From contig CADEEV010000005.1 of NCBI GenBank assembly GCA_902826455.1, positions 2,306 through 66,305 on the forward strand: a stretch of 64,000 nucleotides of DNA, given 5' to 3'. Origin of the DNA: an uncultured Acidobacteriota bacterium (GTDB taxonomy: Bacteria > Acidobacteriota > Vicinamibacteria > Fen-336). The notes under the pieces are model-generated. The model was not told the origin of the DNA. It searched no databases and saw only the letters and a list, made by a program, of their open reading frames with translations. Shown piece after piece: positions 16,551-26,184 of this stretch; position 1 is the first letter of the stretch; each line of letters starts with the position of its first letter. The position numbers and the translations under genes are program-made.

Positions 16551-18713
16551 CTACAGGATGAACAGCGGTGCGAGCACCAGCGTGATGGTCGAGAGCAGCT
16601 TGATCAGCACGTGCAGCGACGGACCGGCCGTGTCCTTGAAGGGGTCGCCCACGGTATCGCCGACGACCGCGGCCTTGTGGGGCTCGGACTTCTTCCCCAC
16701 CACGACGCCGTCCACCTTGAACTCGCCGGACTCGATGTACTTCTTCGCGTTGTCCCAGGCGCCGCCGGCGTTGTTCAGGAACATGGCCATCAGGATGCCC
16801 GTGATCGTGCCGACCATCAGCATGGCCGCCACCGCCTCCGCGCCGATCTGGCCGTGGGGCGACAGGTAGCGGAAGCTGAAGCCGACCGCGATGGGAGCCA
16901 GCACGGCCAGCAGTCCCGGCAGCACCATCTCGCGCAGCGCGGCGACGGTCACGATGTCGACGCAGCGGGCGTAGTTCGGCTTGGACGTCCCGGCCATGAT
17001 GCCCGGGTTCTCGCGGAACTGCCGGCGCACCTCGGTGATGACGACCTGGGCCGCCTTGCCGACGGCCTTGATCGCGAGCGAGCTGAAGACGAAGACGAGC
17101 GTCGCGCCCAGCAGGCCGCCGATGAACACCGGGACACGCGTGAGATCGACGGCCATGTGCTGGCCGGTGATCTTCCGCACTTCGTCGAGGTAGGCGCTGA
17201 AGAGCAGGAACGCAGCGAGCGCGGCGGAGCCGATCGCGTAGCCCTTGGTGACGGCCTTGGTCGTGTTGCCGACCGAGTCCAGGCGGTCGGTCTTGTGGCG
17301 GATCGCCTCGGGCTGCTTGGACATCTCGATGATGCCGCCGGCGTTGTCGGTGATCGGGCCGAACGTGTCCATGGCCAGGATGTAGGCGCAGGGCGCGAGC
17401 ATGCCCATGGTGGCGATCGCGGTGCCGTAGAGGCCCGCGCCGGCGACGCCGGCGAGGCCCATCTTGCCGCACCAGTACGACGCCATCAGCGCGACGGAGA
17501 TCACGACCACCGGGGCGGCGGCGCACTCGAGGCCGACGGCGATGCCGCTGATGATGTTGGTGGCCGGGCCGGTCTTCGAGGCCTCGGCGATATCGCGCAC
17601 GGGCCGGTACTTGTACTCCGTGTAGTACTGGGTGATCCACACGAACGCGTAGGCCGTGAGGATGCCGATGACGCCGGCCGCCAGCAGGTAGCCCTGGCGG
17701 ACGACGACGGGCGAGCCCGCGAGAGGCTTGAGGAGCAGGAAGACGCTGGCGGCGAAGCCGGCCATCGCCAGGACGGTGGTGACCAGATAGCCGCGGTTCA
17801 AGCCGTTCATCGGGTCCTCGTCCTCGCGGCAGCTCACCGTGAAGACGCCGACGATCGTGGCCAGCAGGCCGAGCGCGCGGGCGAACAGCGGGAACAGGAT
17901 GCCCCCCATGCCGAAGACCGGGAAGAGCGCGATGCCGAGGATCATGGCACCGACGTTCTCGGCGGCCGTGGACTCGAACAGGTCGGCGCCGCGGCCAGCG
18001 CAGTCGCCCACGTTGTCGCCCACGAGGTCCGCGACGACCGCGGGGTTCCGGGGATCGTCCTCGGGGATGCCGGCTTCGACCTTGCCGACCAGGTCGGCGC
18101 CCACGTCGGCGGCCTTCGTGTAGATACCGCCTCCGAGCTGGGCGAAGAGCGCCACGAAGGAGGCGCCGAAGCCGAAGCCGACGATCTGGAGCGGCACGTG
18201 CTCGTAGTCGTGCATGCCGCCGAAGAGGTAGAAGAGTCCGCCGACGCCGAGGAGGCTCATCGCCACCACGGACAGGCCGGAAACGGCGCCGGCGCGAAGG
18301 GCGGTCTGCAGGGCCTTGTTGAGGCTGGTCATGGCCGCGGCCGCCGTGCGGATGTTGGCGCGGATCGAGACGAACATGCCGATGTAGCCGGCGATGGCCG
18401 AGCACAGGGCGCCGGTCAGGAAGGAGATCGTCACCTTCCATGCCGTACCCTGGCCCATCTCGGCGATGTTCTTCACCTCGCGGTTCCAGAAGTAGAAGCC
18501 GAAGATGGCCCCGGCTGCCACGACCGAGAGCAGGCCGATCGTCTTGTATTGACGTGAGAGGAAGGCCTCAGCACCCTCGCGGATCGCGTCGGAGATCTCG
18601 CGCATTTCCGGCGTGCCGGTGTCCTGGGACAGCACGTGTTTCGCCAGGAACCCCGCCACGACCAGTGACAGGACGCTGATGCCCAGGACGATGGGCAGGA
18701 CGTTCTCAACCAT
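16551..18713 (-). CDS. hppA: Membrane-bound proton-translocating pyrophosphatase (H+-PPase)
   Basis: 720 aa, 15-16 TM helices, GNTTKA-type and DVGADLVGK/DNVGDCAGRGADLFES motifs. The antisense and alternative-frame ORFs 16266..18557 and 16504..18441 are spurious. Confidence 0.95.
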   Translation of the reverse strand: MVENVLPIVLGISVLSLVVAGFLAKHVLSQDTGTPEMREISDAIREGAEAFLSRQYKTIGLLSVVAAGAIFGFYFWNREVKNIAEMGQGTAWKVTISFLTGALCSAIAGYIGMFVSIRANIRTAAAAMTSLNKALQTALRAGAVSGLSVVAMSLLGVGGLFYLFGGMHDYEHVPLQIVGFGFGASFVALFAQLGGGIYTKAADVGADLVGKVEAGIPEDDPRNPAVVADLVGDNVGDCAGRGADLFESTAAENVGAMILGIALFPVFGMGGILFPLFARALGLLATIVGVFTVSCREDEDPMNGLNRGYLVTTVLAMAGFAASVFLLLKPLAGSPVVVRQGYLLAAGVIGILTAYAFVWITQYYTEYKYRPVRDIAEASKTGPATNIISGIAVGLECAAAPVVVISVALMASYWCGKMGLAGVAGAGLYGTAIATMGMLAPCAYILAMDTFGPITDNAGGIIEMSKQPEAIRHKTDRLDSVGNTTKAVTKGYAIGSAALAAFLLFSAYLDEVRKITGQHMAVDLTRVPVFIGGLLGATLVFVFSSLAIKAVGKAAQVVITEVRRQFRENPGIMAGTSKPNYARCVDIVTVAALREMVLPGLLAVLAPIAVGFSFRYLSPHGQIGAEAVAAMLMVGTITGILMAMFLNNAGGAWDNAKKYIESGEFKVDGVVVGKKSEPHKAAVVGDTVGDPFKDTAGPSLHVLIKLLSTITLVLAPLFIL

Positions 18714-18845
18714 GCAGCAGTCTCCCCTTAGAGATCTCGTCTTTAGAAAAGGACCGGCGAGGCTAATCCGACACGTACCCGCCGGTCAAGCGCGACGGCG
18801 GTTTGGGCGCCAGCCCGCCCCGCCGCAAATTTCCACGCGCCACTC

Positions 18846-18875
18846 TTGACAGGCCTTCCAGAGCCCGGCTATGCT
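18846..18875 (+). promoter_or_regulatory. Sigma70-type promoter (TTGACA, 18-nt spacer, TATGCT) for the PepSY / TonB-dependent receptor / piuC operon
   Basis: cTTGACAggccttccagagcccggcTATGCTc, about 60 nt upstream of the GTG start at 18933. Confidence 0.45.
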
Positions 18876-18888
18876 CCGCGCCTACTGT

Positions 18889-18907
18889 GATGTTGATTTT
18901 CATTTTC
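18889..18907 (+). promoter_or_regulatory. Fur-box-like sequence (GATGTTGATTTTCATTTTC) just downstream of the -10 element
   Basis: 14/19 match to the GATAATGATAATCATTATC consensus, in an AT-rich patch, upstream of iron-uptake-type genes. Confidence 0.35.
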
Positions 18908-18932
18908 AAGTTCAACAGCGACCGGGAACCGC

Positions 18933-20129
18933 GTGCGTAGGGTGTTCTTCTGGCTTCACCTGGCTGCGGGCCTCTCGGGGGGCCTCGTGATCCTCGTCCT
19001 CTCGGTCACGGGCGTCCTGCTGGCCTACGAGCGGCAGATCCTGGCGCTCACCGACGACCCGGGACGCTCGACGCCACCGACTCCCGATGCCGCGCCCCTT
19101 CCCCTCGACGTCCTTCTCGAGCGCGCGTCGGCTGCTAGCCCCGGACTCGCTCCTACTGCCGTCACTCTGTCTTCGGACCCCACGGCGCCGGCCATCGTCA
19201 CGCTGGGTCGTGAGGACACCGCCTACGTCGACGCCTACACCGGCATCGTGGTCGGACAGGGCTCCCGGCGGGCCCGCGCGTTCTTCCACGGCGTCGAGGA
19301 CTGGCATCGCTGGCTCGCGGCTGAAGGGCCGGCGCGCGCCACCGGCCGCGCGATCACCGGGGCCTCGAACCTCGCCTTCCTCTTCCTGGTGCTTTCCGGC
19401 GCCTACCTCTGGTGGCCGCGCAAGCGCACCTGGAAGCACGTCCGGACCGTGACCCTGTTCCAGGGCGGACTGCAGGGGCGTGCGCGGGACTTCAACTGGC
19501 ACAACGTGGCGGGCTTCTGGACGGCCGTGCCGCTGGCGCTGATCGTGGCCACGGGCGTCGTGATGTCCTATCCCTGGGCCAACGACCTGCTCTATCGCCT
19601 GGCCGGGAGCGAGCCTCCACCCCCGCGGCCCCCGGCCGGCCCTGGGGGACCGCCTCGTGAGGGCTCGGCCCGGTCGGCCTTCGCGGCCCCCAGGGGACTC
19701 GACGAGACGCGCTCGGCCGCGACCGCCCAGGTGCCCGACTGGCGCACCCTCTCCGTGCGGCTGCCATCGTCGCCCACGGCGCCTCTCGTCGTCCTGATCG
19801 ACCGCAGCGCCGGGGCCGCCCGGCCCGACCTGCGCTCGTCGCTCACCTTGGACGCGGCCACGGGCACAGTGCAGCGCTACGAGACCTACGAGAGCCAGAG
19901 CCTGGGCCGGCGGCTGCGCACGTGGGCACGCTGGACGCACACCGGCGAAGCGGCGGGCGTGCTCGGCCAGACCCTCGCCGCCGTCGCGTCCGCCGCAGGC
20001 GCGCTCCTCGTCTGGACGGGTCTGGCGCTGGCGTGGCGTCGCTTCCGCGCCTGGCGCTTCGGACCCGCCAAGGACTCCTCTCCCGCATCCGGGAAAGCCC
20101 CTTCGAACTCATTGGAGGTCACGTCGTGA
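18933..20129 (+). CDS. PepSY-associated TM helix domain protein (PiuB-like)
   Basis: N-terminal TM helix (WLHLAAGLSGGLVILVLSVTGVLLAYERQIL) and repeated TM/PepSY_TM organisation (LFLVLSGAYLWWPRKR...). Often encoded next to TonB-dependent siderophore receptors. Confidence 0.8.
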   Translation: MRRVFFWLHLAAGLSGGLVILVLSVTGVLLAYERQILALTDDPGRSTPPTPDAAPLPLDVLLERASAASPGLAPTAVTLSSDPTAPAIVTLGREDTAYVDAYTGIVVGQGSRRARAFFHGVEDWHRWLAAEGPARATGRAITGASNLAFLFLVLSGAYLWWPRKRTWKHVRTVTLFQGGLQGRARDFNWHNVAGFWTAVPLALIVATGVVMSYPWANDLLYRLAGSEPPPPRPPAGPGGPPREGSARSAFAAPRGLDETRSAATAQVPDWRTLSVRLPSSPTAPLVVLIDRSAGAARPDLRSSLTLDAATGTVQRYETYESQSLGRRLRTWARWTHTGEAAGVLGQTLAAVASAAGALLVWTGLALAWRRFRAWRFGPAKDSSPASGKAPSNSLEVTS

Positions 20130-22525
20130 AGAAGATTCGAGTGAGACACAGTCGCAAGCCACGCTGGGTCGCGGCGAGCGCCATCGGCGCCATGGCCACC
20201 TACGCCGCCCTGGGCACGCACTTCACGGCGACGGCGACCGCCGCCGACCTCTCGGACCCCGTTCCGGACCCGGCCGGCCAGTCCCAGCGCCCCGTGCGGC
20301 GCTTCGACATTCCGGCCGGCCCCCTGGACGCCGCCATCGCCGCGTTCCAGAACCTCACCGGAGTCAAGGTCCTGGCCCTGGCGCCGTCGGAGACGCTCCA
20401 CGCTCTCCAGTCTCCGGGAGCGGTCGGGGACTTCACGCCGGAGCAAGCCCTGGGCAAGCTGCTGTCGGGGACCGGCGTCCGGTCCCGGTTCGGCGGCGAC
20501 GACTCCGTGACCCTCGAGCTGCGCCCGCGCAGCGAATCCGTCGTCGTGACGGCCAGCATCGCGTCGACGTCGCTCAAATACTCCGAGCCGCTCCGGGACA
20601 CGCCGCAGACGATCGCGGTGATCCCGCGGGCAGTGATCGAGGACCAGGGCGCCACCACGCTGCGCGACGTGCTCCAGAACGTCCCGGGCCTGACGATCCA
20701 GGCCGGCGAGGGCGGCACGCCCGCCGGCGACAACCTCACCCTGCGCGGATTCAGCGCGCGCAACGACATCTTCGTGGATGGGGTCCGCGATCTGGGTCCG
20801 CAGTCCCGGGACCCGTTCAACCTCGAACAGGTCGAGGTGGCGAAGGGACCCCAGTCCGCGTACTACGGCCGCGGCTCGACGGGCGGGACGATCAACCTCG
20901 TCAGCAAAGGGCCGGTGCTGGCGCCGGAGTACGGAGTGACCCTGGCGGCCGGCACCGACTCGACGCTGCGGGCGACGGCCGACGTGAACCGCCAGATCGG
21001 CGAGAGCGCCGCCTTCCGGCTCAACGTGATGGGCCACAACGCCGACGTGGCGGGCCGCGACGTCGTCGAGAACCAGCGCTGGGGGTTCGCGCCCTCTCTG
21101 GCCTGGGGCCTCGGCACCCGTACGCGGTTCACCGTGAGCTACTTCCACCTGAGCCAGGACAACATCTCCGACTACGGCATCCCCTGGGTGCCCGCGGCCA
21201 ACAACGTGCTCGTCGACCACCGCGATCGGCCGGCTCCCGTGCCTCGCGACACGTTCTACGGTTTCGCAGCCCGCGACCACGAGGACCTGGACTCCGACCT
21301 GGGCACCGTGCGCTTCGAGCGGGACTGGAGCGATCGCCTGCGGATGCGAAGCCAGCTTCGCTACGGTCAATCGAGCCGCGACTCGATCGCGACGCCGCCC
21401 CGCTTCGCCAGCAACGACTCGACCGTCATCAACCGCGAGCTGCGCTCGTGGATCACCGAGGACGACGTCTGGAGCCTCCAGAACGACCTGACCCTGCGCT
21501 TCGACACGGGCGCCCTCGCCCACGCGCTCGTCGCCGGCCTCGAGCTCTCCCACGAAGCCAACCTGCGCACGGTGCGGACCGCGCCCAACTCCCCGACGAC
21601 GCTCCTCGACCCCAACCCGGACGACGTATACCCGGGCGTGATCACGGTCAGCCCCAACATCGGGGACGTGACGGGCAAGTCCGCGGCCGCCTATGCCTTC
21701 GATACCGTGAACCTGGGCTCTCGATGGGAGCTCACCGCCGGCCTTCGCTACGACTACTTCGACGTCGACGGCATCACCACCGTGCCGGCGCCGGTCTCAC
21801 GGGTCGATCGGATGTTGAGCGGGCGCGCTGGCCTCGTCTTCAAGCCGCGCCCCAACGGCAGCGTCTACGCCTCCTACGGAACGTCGCTCAACCCGTCTCT
21901 CGAAGGCCTGTCCTACAGCACGGCCAACACCCAGATCGATCCGGAGAAGACCCGCTCCTTCGAGGTCGGCACCAAGTGGGACTTCGCCCAGGAGCGCATG
22001 GCCCTCACCGCGGCCCTGTTCCGCGTCGACAAGACGAACGCCCGCACGCCGGGCCTCACGCCCGACGATCCGCCCCAGGTTCTCGCCGGAGAGCAGCGCG
22101 TGGACGGCGTGGAGCTCGGCGCGACGGGCGCCCTGACGTCGGCCTGGAACGTATTCGCCGCCTACACGCGCCTCGACAGCGAGATCCGCGAGTCCAACAC
22201 GCCTGCCGAGGTGGGCAAGCGGCTCATCAACACGCCCGGCGACTCCCTCAGCTTCTGGACGACCTATGCCTTCCCGGGTCGCATCCAGCTCGGCGGCGGC
22301 GCGCGCTACATCGGCAAGCGCTTCGGCAACACGAGCAACACGCGCTTCGTCGGCAGCTACTGGCTGCTCGATGCGATGGCCTCGGCCCGCGTGAGCCGCA
22401 AGCTCAGCCTCCGCCTCAACGTCTACAACCTCGGCGACAAGGAGTACTTCGACCGGCTGGGTGGCGGCCACCTCGTCCCCGGCACCGCGCGCTCGGCCGT
22501 GCTCAGCACCTCGATCGACTTCTAG
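20126..22525 (+). CDS. TonB-dependent siderophore-type receptor with an N-terminal STN (transducer/signalling) domain
   Basis: GTG start overlapping the upstream stop (GTGA); SD GGAGG; signal peptide. STN-like segment [23 protein letters not shown]. Plug and barrel motifs, C-terminal ...[14 protein letters not shown] and terminal F. Confidence 0.9.
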   Translation: MKKIRVRHSRKPRWVAASAIGAMATYAALGTHFTATATAADLSDPVPDPAGQSQRPVRRFDIPAGPLDAAIAAFQNLTGVKVLALAPSETLHALQSPGAVGDFTPEQALGKLLSGTGVRSRFGGDDSVTLELRPRSESVVVTASIASTSLKYSEPLRDTPQTIAVIPRAVIEDQGATTLRDVLQNVPGLTIQAGEGGTPAGDNLTLRGFSARNDIFVDGVRDLGPQSRDPFNLEQVEVAKGPQSAYYGRGSTGGTINLVSKGPVLAPEYGVTLAAGTDSTLRATADVNRQIGESAAFRLNVMGHNADVAGRDVVENQRWGFAPSLAWGLGTRTRFTVSYFHLSQDNISDYGIPWVPAANNVLVDHRDRPAPVPRDTFYGFAARDHEDLDSDLGTVRFERDWSDRLRMRSQLRYGQSSRDSIATPPRFASNDSTVINRELRSWITEDDVWSLQNDLTLRFDTGALAHALVAGLELSHEANLRTVRTAPNSPTTLLDPNPDDVYPGVITVSPNIGDVTGKSAAAYAFDTVNLGSRWELTAGLRYDYFDVDGITTVPAPVSRVDRMLSGRAGLVFKPRPNGSVYASYGTSLNPSLEGLSYSTANTQIDPEKTRSFEVGTKWDFAQERMALTAALFRVDKTNARTPGLTPDDPPQVLAGEQRVDGVELGATGALTSAWNVFAAYTRLDSEIRESNTPAEVGKRLINTPGDSLSFWTTYAFPGRIQLGGGARYIGKRFGNTSNTRFVGSYWLLDAMASARVSRKLSLRLNVYNLGDKEYFDRLGGGHLVPGTARSAVLSTSIDF

Positions 22526-22534
22526 GAGGAAGCG

Positions 22535-23216
22535 CGTGCTGCTCTCGATTCCCGACGTGCTGTCGCCGGAACAGGTCGCCGAGGCGCGTCGAGCCCTCGA
22601 CCGCGCAGCCTGGGTCGACGGCGTGGTCACGGCGGGCCATCAGTCGGCACGCGCCAAGAACAACCAGCAGCTCCCCGAGGACTCCGAGACGGCGCGGCGA
22701 ATCGGGGAGCTGGTGCTGGCGGCGCTGCAGCGCAACCCCGTCTTCATGTCCTCAGCGCTGCCCTTGCGCGTCTTCCCGCCGTTGTTCAACCGCTACAAGG
22801 GCGGGCAGTCGTTCGGTACCCACGTCGACAATGCGATCCGGCAGGTGCCGGGCACGGCCCACCGTGTCCGCACCGACCTCTCGGCGACGCTGTTCCTCAG
22901 CCAGCCCGATGAGTACGACGGCGGGGAACTCGTGGTCGAGGACACGTACGGCGTGCACACCGTCAGACTGCCGGCCGGCAGCCTGATCCTCTATCCGGCC
23001 AGCAGCCTGCACCACGTGAAGCCCGTGACGCGCGGGGCGCGCGTCGCGTCATTCTTCTGGATCCAGAGCATGGTGCGCGACGACGGCGAACGGACGCTGC
23101 TGTTCGACCTCGACATGGCCATCCAGAAGCTCGTCCGTGAGACGCCCGATCACGCCGCGGCGGTGCAGTTGACGGGCGTGTACCACAACCTGCTGAGGCG
23201 CTGGGCCGACCTCTAG
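22535..23216 (+). CDS. piuC: Fe(II)/2-oxoglutarate-dependent PKHD-type hydroxylase (PiuC/YbiX family)
   Basis: Collinear with E. coli YbiX (HIPGVLSP.., [52 protein letters not shown]). SD AGGAGG. Confidence 0.9.
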
Positions 23217-24529
23217 GCGCGGCGGCGGGCGCGGGCAGGCGCGGTGGCGAGGAACAGGCCGGTCGCCAGACCGAGCGCGACGGCGAGGGCCAGCCATTCC
23301 TCGGCCTTGATTCCGGTGAGCATCCAGAGGATCACACCGCAGGCCAGGAACGGCGCAACGCCGCCGCCCGGCATCTGGAACGGCGTGCCGCCGGCGCGAA
23401 CGTCGAGCTGTCGCAGCCGCCAGGCCGCGAGACAACACCCGAAGTAGAGGACGATCACCGACAAGCTCGCGAGGATCGCGAGGCGCGCGAACGAACCCGA
23501 GACGGCCAGGCCGCAGGCGAGCGCCGATTGCAGGGCGATGGCGACGTGAGGCGTGCGGAAGCGTGGATGGACGGAGCCGACCACGGCCGGGAGGAAGCCG
23601 TCGCGGGCGAACGCGAACAGGGCGCGCGGCACCGCGAGGATCATGCCGCTCACGTAGCCGAACATGGACACCGTGGCTCCCACGAGGAGCAGCGAGCGCC
23701 CGAATCCGCCAAACATGCGACTGGCGGCCTCGGCGAGGGGTGTGGGCGCGCCGGCGAGAGCCGTGCCCAGAACGCCCTGTGCCGCGGCCTGGAGCGCAAT
23801 ATAGAGAAACGTCACCGCCACCATCGCGAGCAGGATCGCACGCGGGACGGTCCGCGACGGGTCCCGTACCTCACCGCTCGGGAGCAGGGCGCTCTCGACG
23901 CCGCAGAAGGCGAAGAGCAACAGGATCGACGTTCGGGAGACAGCCCCGGCGTCGGGCGCCGCGGGCCATGCGAGGTTCGCGGTCGAGACGTAGAAGGGCG
24001 CCGCGACGACGAGGACGAGCAGCGGCAGGAGCTTGGCGACCGTGAAGACCGCGTTGAAGCGCGTGCCCTTGTCGACGCCCCAGACGTTCAGCAGGCTCAG
24101 CAGCGTGAATACCGTGACCAGGAACACCGCGCGGCCGACGTCGGAGCGCAGAGCCGGGGCGAGCTCGCCGGCGTTGGTCGCGAACACCACCGAGACCGCG
24201 GCGACCGCGAGCGTGCCGAGGAGCCACACGAGGACGCCCGCGAGGAAGCCCGCGAAGGGACCGAACGCGACCTCCACGTAGGCGTAGGGACCGCCGGTGA
24301 GATCCACCCGGCTCCCTGCCTCCGCGAAGCACAGCACGATCAGACCCATGGCGACGGCGCAGACGAGGTAGGCGAGCGGCGCCGCGGCACCCAGCGACTG
24401 GGCGACGTCGGCCGGCAGCCGGAAGATGCCGCCGCCGACGGTCACGTTCACGATCCCGGCCGCCAGGCCCAGGGTGCCGATGGCCCGCACGAGAGACGGC
24501 GCGCCGCTCGGCGCTCCGGAGGGGGCCAT
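23213..24529 (-). CDS. APC-superfamily amino acid/polyamine permease
   Basis: 12-TM permease architecture. Convergent CTAG stop overlap with piuC. Confidence 0.8.
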   Translation of the reverse strand: MAPSGAPSGAPSLVRAIGTLGLAAGIVNVTVGGGIFRLPADVAQSLGAAAPLAYLVCAVAMGLIVLCFAEAGSRVDLTGGPYAYVEVAFGPFAGFLAGVLVWLLGTLAVAAVSVVFATNAGELAPALRSDVGRAVFLVTVFTLLSLLNVWGVDKGTRFNAVFTVAKLLPLLVLVVAAPFYVSTANLAWPAAPDAGAVSRTSILLLFAFCGVESALLPSGEVRDPSRTVPRAILLAMVAVTFLYIALQAAAQGVLGTALAGAPTPLAEAASRMFGGFGRSLLLVGATVSMFGYVSGMILAVPRALFAFARDGFLPAVVGSVHPRFRTPHVAIALQSALACGLAVSGSFARLAILASLSVIVLYFGCCLAAWRLRQLDVRAGGTPFQMPGGGVAPFLACGVILWMLTGIKAEEWLALAVALGLATGLFLATAPARARRRA

Positions 24530-24531
24530 GC

Positions 24532-25905
24532 TCAGTGCGCCGCCGAAAGCTCCTTGACGAGACCGCTGACGAAGGACTTCGCATCGCCGAAGAGCATCAC
24601 CGTCTTGTCGAGGTAGAACAGCTCGTTCTCGATGCCGGCGAAACCCGGGCTCATGCCGCGCTTGATCACCATCACCGTGCGCGCCTTGTCCACGTCGAGG
24701 ATCGGCATGCCGAAGACCGGGCTGCCCTTGTCGTGGCGGGCCGCGGGATTCGTGACGTCGTTGGCGCCGATCACGAGCGCGACGTCGGCCTGCCCCATCT
24801 CGGGGTTCGCGTCCTCCATCTCGAGGAGCTTGTCGTAGGGCACGTCGGCCTCGGCGAGCAGCACGTTCATGTGCCCGGGCATGCGGCCGGCCACCGGGTG
24901 GATGGCGTAGCGAACGTCGATGCCCTTGCGTCCGAGGATGTCGGCGAGCTCCCGGACCTTGTGCTGGGCTTGAGCGACGGCCATTCCGTAGCCCGGCACG
25001 ATCATGACCGAGCTCGCGGCTTCCAGGATGCTCGCAGCCTCTTCCGGGGTCGCGCTACGCACCGTCTTCTGCTCCACCGCCGCGGCCGAAGCCTGCACCT
25101 GGCCGAAGGCTCCGAACAGGACGTTCGTGAATGAGCGGTTCATGGCCCGGCACATGATGATGGACAGGATCAGGCCCGAGGAGCCGTCGAGCGAGCCGGC
25201 GATGATGAGGAGCTTGTTGTCGAGCACGAAGCCCATCGCAGCGGCTGCGAGTCCCGCGTACGAGTTGAGCAGGGAGATCACGGTCGGCATGTCGGCGCCG
25301 CCGATCGGGATGATCAGGAGGACGCCGAACGCCAGGGCGAGGACCCCGAGCACCGGGAAGAGGGCCGTCCGCGTCGGGTCGAGCACGAGCAGGATCGCGA
25401 CGAACGCCGCGCCCGCGAGGATCGCGAGGTTCACGATGTTCTGGCCGCGATAGGTGATCGGCCGGGTCGGCAGTAGCTCCTGCAGCTTGCCGAACGCCAT
25501 CAGGCTCGCGGTGAACGTCAGGAAGCCGAGGAGCACCTCGAGAGCGAGCGCTGCCATGGTGAAGTGGCTGAGCTCGTGGGCGCGCAGGTAGTACTCGGCC
25601 GTGCCGACCAGCGCGGCGGCGAGAGCGCCGAACGCGTGGGAGAGCGCGGTGCGCTGCGGCACGGCGGTCATGGGCATCATCGCCATCGGTACGCCGATGA
25701 CGGTCCCCAGCACGAAGGCCACCGCGATGAAGCGATAGCTGACGATCTCGGGCGATGCCAGGGTGCCGCCGATGGCCAGCGCCATGCCGAAGGCGCCGAC
25801 GAGGACTCCGCGACGGGCCGTGGGGACCGACGAGAGCCACTTGAGAGCCAGGATGAAGGCGACAGCGGCAGCGAGGTAGACGACCTCGATCAGGGTATGG
25901 GTCAC
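24532..25905 (-). CDS. pntB: NAD(P) transhydrogenase subunit beta
   Basis: Full-length PntB similarity, including the C-terminal NADP(H)-binding domain (GYGMAVAQAQHKV..., VIGANDVTNPAA). GTG start overlapping the pntAB stop (GTGA). Confidence 0.95.
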   Translation of the reverse strand: MTHTLIEVVYLAAAVAFILALKWLSSVPTARRGVLVGAFGMALAIGGTLASPEIVSYRFIAVAFVLGTVIGVPMAMMPMTAVPQRTALSHAFGALAAALVGTAEYYLRAHELSHFTMAALALEVLLGFLTFTASLMAFGKLQELLPTRPITYRGQNIVNLAILAGAAFVAILLVLDPTRTALFPVLGVLALAFGVLLIIPIGGADMPTVISLLNSYAGLAAAAMGFVLDNKLLIIAGSLDGSSGLILSIIMCRAMNRSFTNVLFGAFGQVQASAAAVEQKTVRSATPEEAASILEAASSVMIVPGYGMAVAQAQHKVRELADILGRKGIDVRYAIHPVAGRMPGHMNVLLAEADVPYDKLLEMEDANPEMGQADVALVIGANDVTNPAARHDKGSPVFGMPILDVDKARTVMVIKRGMSPGFAGIENELFYLDKTVMLFGDAKSFVSGLVKELSAAH

Positions 25906-26183
25906 TTCCCGCCGTCGCGCTTCTTGAACATCCCGACCATGCGCCAGGTGATGAGGAACCCGCCCACGACGTTGATCATCGACGCGGTGACGGCCGCCGT
26001 GCCTAGGAGCGTGCTGAGGGAGGTCTCTTGCCGCCCCGCTATCACGATCGAGCCCACGACCGCGATCGCCGAGATCGCGTTGGTGAGGGACATCAGGGGC
26101 GTGTGCAGGAGCGGCGATACGCGCTTGATGATCTCGAAACCGATGAACGTCGCGAGTACGAGGATGTAGAGGAGCGGCAGCAT
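25902..26183 (-). CDS. pntAB: NAD(P) transhydrogenase subunit alpha part 2 (membrane dII portion)
   Basis: 93 aa with three TM helices, matching PntA-II. Confidence 0.85.
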   Translation of the reverse strand: MLPLLYILVLATFIGFEIIKRVSPLLHTPLMSLTNAISAIAVVGSIVIAGRQETSLSTLLGTAAVTASMINVVGGFLITWRMVGMFKKRDGGK

Positions 26184-26184
26184 C

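Noticed and set aside
16266-18557. ORFs 16266..18557 (+) and 16504..18441 (-) of 763 and 645 aa
   Set aside because: They are antisense or alternative frames of hppA, which is unmistakable. Both contain long runs of Arg/His/Gly/Asp repeats.
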